Of a stretch of 64,000 bases of DNA, positions 60,695-64,000 are shown in pieces (position 1 is the stretch's first letter; each line of letters begins with the position of its first letter). The notes beneath the pieces were generated by a model, which was not told the DNA's origin, ran no database searches, and worked only from the letters and a program-made list of their open reading frames with translations. The position numbers and the translations under genes were made by a program. Origin of the DNA: Candidatus Latescibacterota bacterium (GTDB lineage Bacteria > Latescibacterota > UBA2968 > UBA8231); assembly GCA_965204725.1 (NCBI GenBank), contig OZ242005.1, positions 4,704,001 to 4,768,000 on the forward strand. Reading direction: 5' to 3'.

Positions 60695-61972
60695 TCAAGA
60701 GGCTCGCCGGCCGCGCCCAATGCTCCACCAGACGACGAGGGCCTCCACAGTGTGGCCGCTGAGTAGGGCACCCACGGCTTGGGTCGCGCCGTGGAGCTCG
60801 AAATTGGCGAGCAGGGCCAGCATCAGCAAGACGGTCGCCACCCGCGACGGGGCACTCGGCGCCATGGCTTGGGTGCGGTGCTGGAGCAGACCGATGCCGT
60901 GGAAGTAGCTACGTAGGCTGACGACAAAGGGAAAGCCCGTAAACAGGAGCAAGGGCGTCTTGCAGTCGGCGATCAACTCGGGGCCGATGCCGATCCAAGC
61001 GCCGAGTATGTAATGGACGGCCGGCGTCCAAAACAGCACCCCTATCCAAGCACAGGAAAACAGACAACAGCCCCAGCAGAAGCGGCGAATTTTGCCCAAA
61101 TCCCCTTCTTGGCGAAAGGCTGTCGGCAGGTTGCGTAGTTCGTTGAGCCAGCCGTAGGGGATGTGCCCGAGCGCATAGACGATGGTCAGCACGGCCAGCG
61201 CTTGGGTGCCGTCGGCACTGCGAGCGACAAACATGTTGATCAGCGGCCGGGTGCCGGCCTGCACGGCCATAATCAGCGCCAAGGGCCAAAAGAAGCGCAG
61301 GACGTACAGGTATGTCAGGGCCGGCGCGTTGGCTCGTGCGGGCCAGCGCACCAAGCACCAGCGGCCCCACGCGACCACGCCAAGCTCGGCGAGCGCACCC
61401 GTGTACACGGCGAGGACCGGCAGTGCGATGGGGGTCTGGCGGACGAAGCCGAGCGGCAGCAGCGCAAAGACTGCGAGGATGCTGAGGGCGATCCCGGTGG
61501 TGGTGGCGTAGGCGGGGATGTCGGTGCGGCGGACGCGGATGAGCGCACCGCTGTACAAGCGCGTCATCCCTTGTAGGACGGGGTAGGGGACGAGCCACAG
61601 CAGGGCCAAGCGCACTGCGTCGCCGAGGGCGGGATCCACCCCGTGCAGGTCGTTGATGATCCAAGTCCCCAGCGGCGTCAGCGCCAAGCTGGCTAAAATG
61701 CCAGCCAATAGCAGCCCGGCCGCGAGCACAAAGCGGGCGCAGACTCGGTAGCCTTGGGCGTTCTCGACGAGGACCAAGCCGAGCTGCCGCACTTGGGATA
61801 GGGTGCCGGCGAAGAATAAAGCCAATCCAAAGGCCAGCCCAAAGGCGGCCAGCGTTTCGACCGCCCGCGGCATCCGCGCCATGCCGCCGTTGAGGAACTG
61901 GCCGCTAAGCTCTTGCACCAGTGCCGTCACCACTAGGGGCAACATGAAGCGGGTTAGCTGGGCATAGCTCAT
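60695..61972 (-). CDS. MOP/MATE-fold membrane transporter resembling animal ANKH
   Basis: About 12 TM segments; LGTWIINDLHGVD, FFWPLALIMAVQ..RPLINMFVAR, GHIPYGWLNELR, LFWTP and HGAT. Confidence 0.75.
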   Translation of the reverse strand: MSYAQLTRFMLPLVVTALVQELSGQFLNGGMARMPRAVETLAAFGLAFGLALFFAGTLSQVRQLGLVLVENAQGYRVCARFVLAAGLLLAGILASLALTPLGTWIINDLHGVDPALGDAVRLALLWLVPYPVLQGMTRLYSGALIRVRRTDIPAYATTTGIALSILAVFALLPLGFVRQTPIALPVLAVYTGALAELGVVAWGRWCLVRWPARANAPALTYLYVLRFFWPLALIMAVQAGTRPLINMFVARSADGTQALAVLTIVYALGHIPYGWLNELRNLPTAFRQEGDLGKIRRFCWGCCLFSCAWIGVLFWTPAVHYILGAWIGIGPELIADCKTPLLLFTGFPFVVSLRSYFHGIGLLQHRTQAMAPSAPSRVATVLLMLALLANFELHGATQAVGALLSGHTVEALVVWWSIGRGRRAS

Positions 61973-61989
61973 CTACGCATCCGAGCGGT

Positions 61990-62082
61990 TATAGAGCTGT
62001 CCTACATCGTTCATAAGGGATGTTCTGCATGGCGTTTTGGGTATGAGATACTTCGCTACGCTCAGTATGACAAGGGCTGGGG
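61990..62082. repeat. Inverted copy of the 6768-6858 repeat
   Basis: Its reverse complement matches CCCAGCCCTTGTCATACTGAGCGTAGCGAAGTATCTCATACCCA..CGCCATGCAGAACATCCC. Confidence 0.85.
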
Positions 62083-62192
62083 GGCGTACATTAACTTCAC
62101 CTTCCTTTGCGTCCGCCCTTTCTGCGGTTCCCGCTGCGTCCGGGATCGAGGGCGTCCCGCCCTCGACGAGGGCAAGATGCCCTCGATCCTTA

Positions 62193-62327
62193 GAGGCTGT
62201 CTGAAAACCCACCTTGGGGCATGTTGAACAAGCCGTAGAGACAGGATCCGTCATTCCCGCGAAAGCGGGAATCCAGACGGGATCGTTTAGACGCAAAGGA
62301 CGACCACCAGAGTTTTCAGACAGCTTC
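62193..62327. mobile_element. 135-bp MITE (copy 2) with TIRs and TTA duplication
   Basis: Near-identical to 40808-40942, with a few substitutions. Confidence 0.8.
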
Positions 62328-62386
62328 TTAGAAGAGTAGCGGCTGGTGGCGTGTAGTAAGGTGCAACCGTTCGCCGGGATGATCCT

Positions 62387-64000
62387 TCAAACTCTGATTT
62401 TTTCTGCTAATTGCTGCCGCACGTCCTTCCCAGCGACCATTTTCTCCGCGACCGCGAACAGGCCCTTGCCGTTGCTTTCTCGCTCCCACAAGGCGCCAAT
62501 GGTTCGCTTTTCGTTGGTGTCCGACCCTTCGGCGATGTGTGCGCCCTTGTATTCGACGACGAGGAGACGATCGTCGTTTAGCAAGGCGATAAAGTCCGGG
62601 TAGAATTTGTCTGTTGCGGTGGGTAGCCAAAACGAGTTGGGATGACGTGCGACATTGCGAATCCAGTACTTCACGGCCGCCAGACTGTCGATGACCTGAG
62701 CGCATTGCATTTCCTCGCCGTCGTCCGCGCCGTCAAAGGCGGGAACGCGCTCTGGCCCTAAAAAATGCTTGTGCGGTTTCCAACGCCCGCGATAGAACCG
62801 CTGATCCCAGTACATGTCGTCCGCAAATGTGAAGGTCGCGTCAAACGAGACCGTTGCGTTAGCCTCGGATTCAAAGAGGTACTGCTGATAGACACTGCTG
62901 CGTTCCTTCTGCCGAATGGCCGCGATTTTGCTTTCGATTTTCTTGGCGAGCAAGAACTTGCAACGCATCAGCGCGGCGATGGTCATGCCGCGTGTATTGA
63001 GCAGGTGATCGACGAGTTGGCGCAGCCATTTGAGCAGTTCGCTTTGGTGAATATCCATCTGGCGCACCTGCCGGTCGAGCCACAGGACGAGGGCCTCAAC
63101 GGTCCAGCCTTCGACGACCATGTCCAGTGCCAATTGCGCGTCTTCGCTGGCGAACTGGTAGGTGATGCGCTTGCCGTCGAGGTCAATTTCAAAGCTGCGC
63201 GCCGTCTCGCGGATAGTGAATTCCTGTTCGTCCATTTTCGGCGAATAATCGAGTAGCGACCAGTCGTGGTATTCCATGAACACATCCGTATCGGCGTATT
63301 CTAGGGTGCCTTGGATTTCCGCCATGAGACGCGGGACGGTGAATGGCTGCTCCTGTTCGGCCGGGGATAGGTGTTCTTTGACTGCGGCGCGGTGTTGGGC
63401 AACGGCGGTGGCAAACCCTTTTCGCTCCTGTTCGGGCAACGTCTCCGCAATCGCCTGCTCGCGGTCCCGATTGATCCAGCCGGTAAGCGCGATTTCGACC
63501 TGTCCTTCAGCGGTTTCGCGCGCTAGCAATCCGTCGTGCTTGGCCTCTTTGAGTTCGGATAGAATTTCCGGGGTGGCTGGGGTTGTATATCTGAATACCG
63601 GGTCTGGCTTTTCCGGCGGACCAAACAAGTCGCTCTGAAGGTCGAGCGTCCGCTGCACCGGCTCGATGTTGTCGCAGGCTTCCTCTTCCTCAAAGCCCAT
63701 ATCTACCAATTTGTCGGCCAAGGCACGGGCCGCTTCGCCAAAAGATGGCTCGGAGAGGAAGGCGTAGGCTTTGTTGAGGTCGGGTGCTTGGCGTCGCTTG
63801 GCGTAAGGCATCCGCAGGACGCGGCCGAGCAGCTGCTCGACGTCGGTCGCGCTTTGGATGCGCGATACCGAGCAGAAAATGTAGGCGAAAGAGCAGTCCC
63901 ATCCTTCTTTGAGTGCCTCAATCGTAATGACGTATTCGATGGGACAGGTGCGGTCGAACAAGTCAATGCCGTCGAGTCCGCGCTGGTCGCCGGTGGCAAT
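62387..64000 (-). CDS. Type III restriction endonuclease Res subunit-like helicase/nuclease, C-terminal part
   Basis: ALKEGWDC, EQLLGRVLR, and FYPDFIA..VVEYKG (PD-ExK); the frame is open to the window edge. Confidence 0.88.
   Translation of the reverse strand: MATGDQRGLDGIDLFDRTCPIEYVITIEALKEGWDCSFAYIFCSVSRIQSATDVEQLLGRVLRMPYAKRRQAPDLNKAYAFLSEPSFGEAARALADKLVDMGFEEEEACDNIEPVQRTLDLQSDLFGPPEKPDPVFRYTTPATPEILSELKEAKHDGLLARETAEGQVEIALTGWINRDREQAIAETLPEQERKGFATAVAQHRAAVKEHLSPAEQEQPFTVPRLMAEIQGTLEYADTDVFMEYHDWSLLDYSPKMDEQEFTIRETARSFEIDLDGKRITYQFASEDAQLALDMVVEGWTVEALVLWLDRQVRQMDIHQSELLKWLRQLVDHLLNTRGMTIAALMRCKFLLAKKIESKIAAIRQKERSSVYQQYLFESEANATVSFDATFTFADDMYWDQRFYRGRWKPHKHFLGPERVPAFDGADDGEEMQCAQVIDSLAAVKYWIRNVARHPNSFWLPTATDKFYPDFIALLNDDRLLVVEYKGAHIAEGSDTNEKRTIGALWERESNGKGLFAVAEKMVAGKDVRQQLAEKIRV

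Overview
This is a GC-rich bacterial chromosomal window with about 65 CDS and no rRNA, tRNA or CRISPR array that I could recognise. Its gene content (PhyH dioxygenases, sulfatase, DUF6785 transporter, sugar-acid enzymes, BMC) resembles Latescibacterota/Poribacteria-like heterotrophs, but that taxonomy is an inference. Housekeeping genes (nth, mnmA, ahcY, comEC, yhbY, class I lysS, infA) are interspersed with sugar/sugar-acid catabolic genes, three toxin-antitoxin modules and mosaic REP/MITE repeats. Highlights: (1) a bacterial microcompartment operon (43.3-52.0 kb) with a four-domain BMC shell protein overlapping a two-domain one, a DapA-family class I aldolase as apparent signature enzyme, and a Cys-rich putative adaptor that shares the aldolase's N-terminal domain; (2) a low-GC Thoeris-like island (three TIR proteins plus a membrane protein) bounded by a 61-bp direct repeat of an HNH gene's 5' end; (3) a full-length bacterial protein resembling animal ANKH; (4) a 2-oxoacid dehydrogenase E2 without its catalytic His and a class I LysRS without its KMSKS lysines; (5) a structured intergenic region with tandem terminators. 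Two genes are split by homopolymer frameshifts. All product calls come from motif recognition, not database searches.
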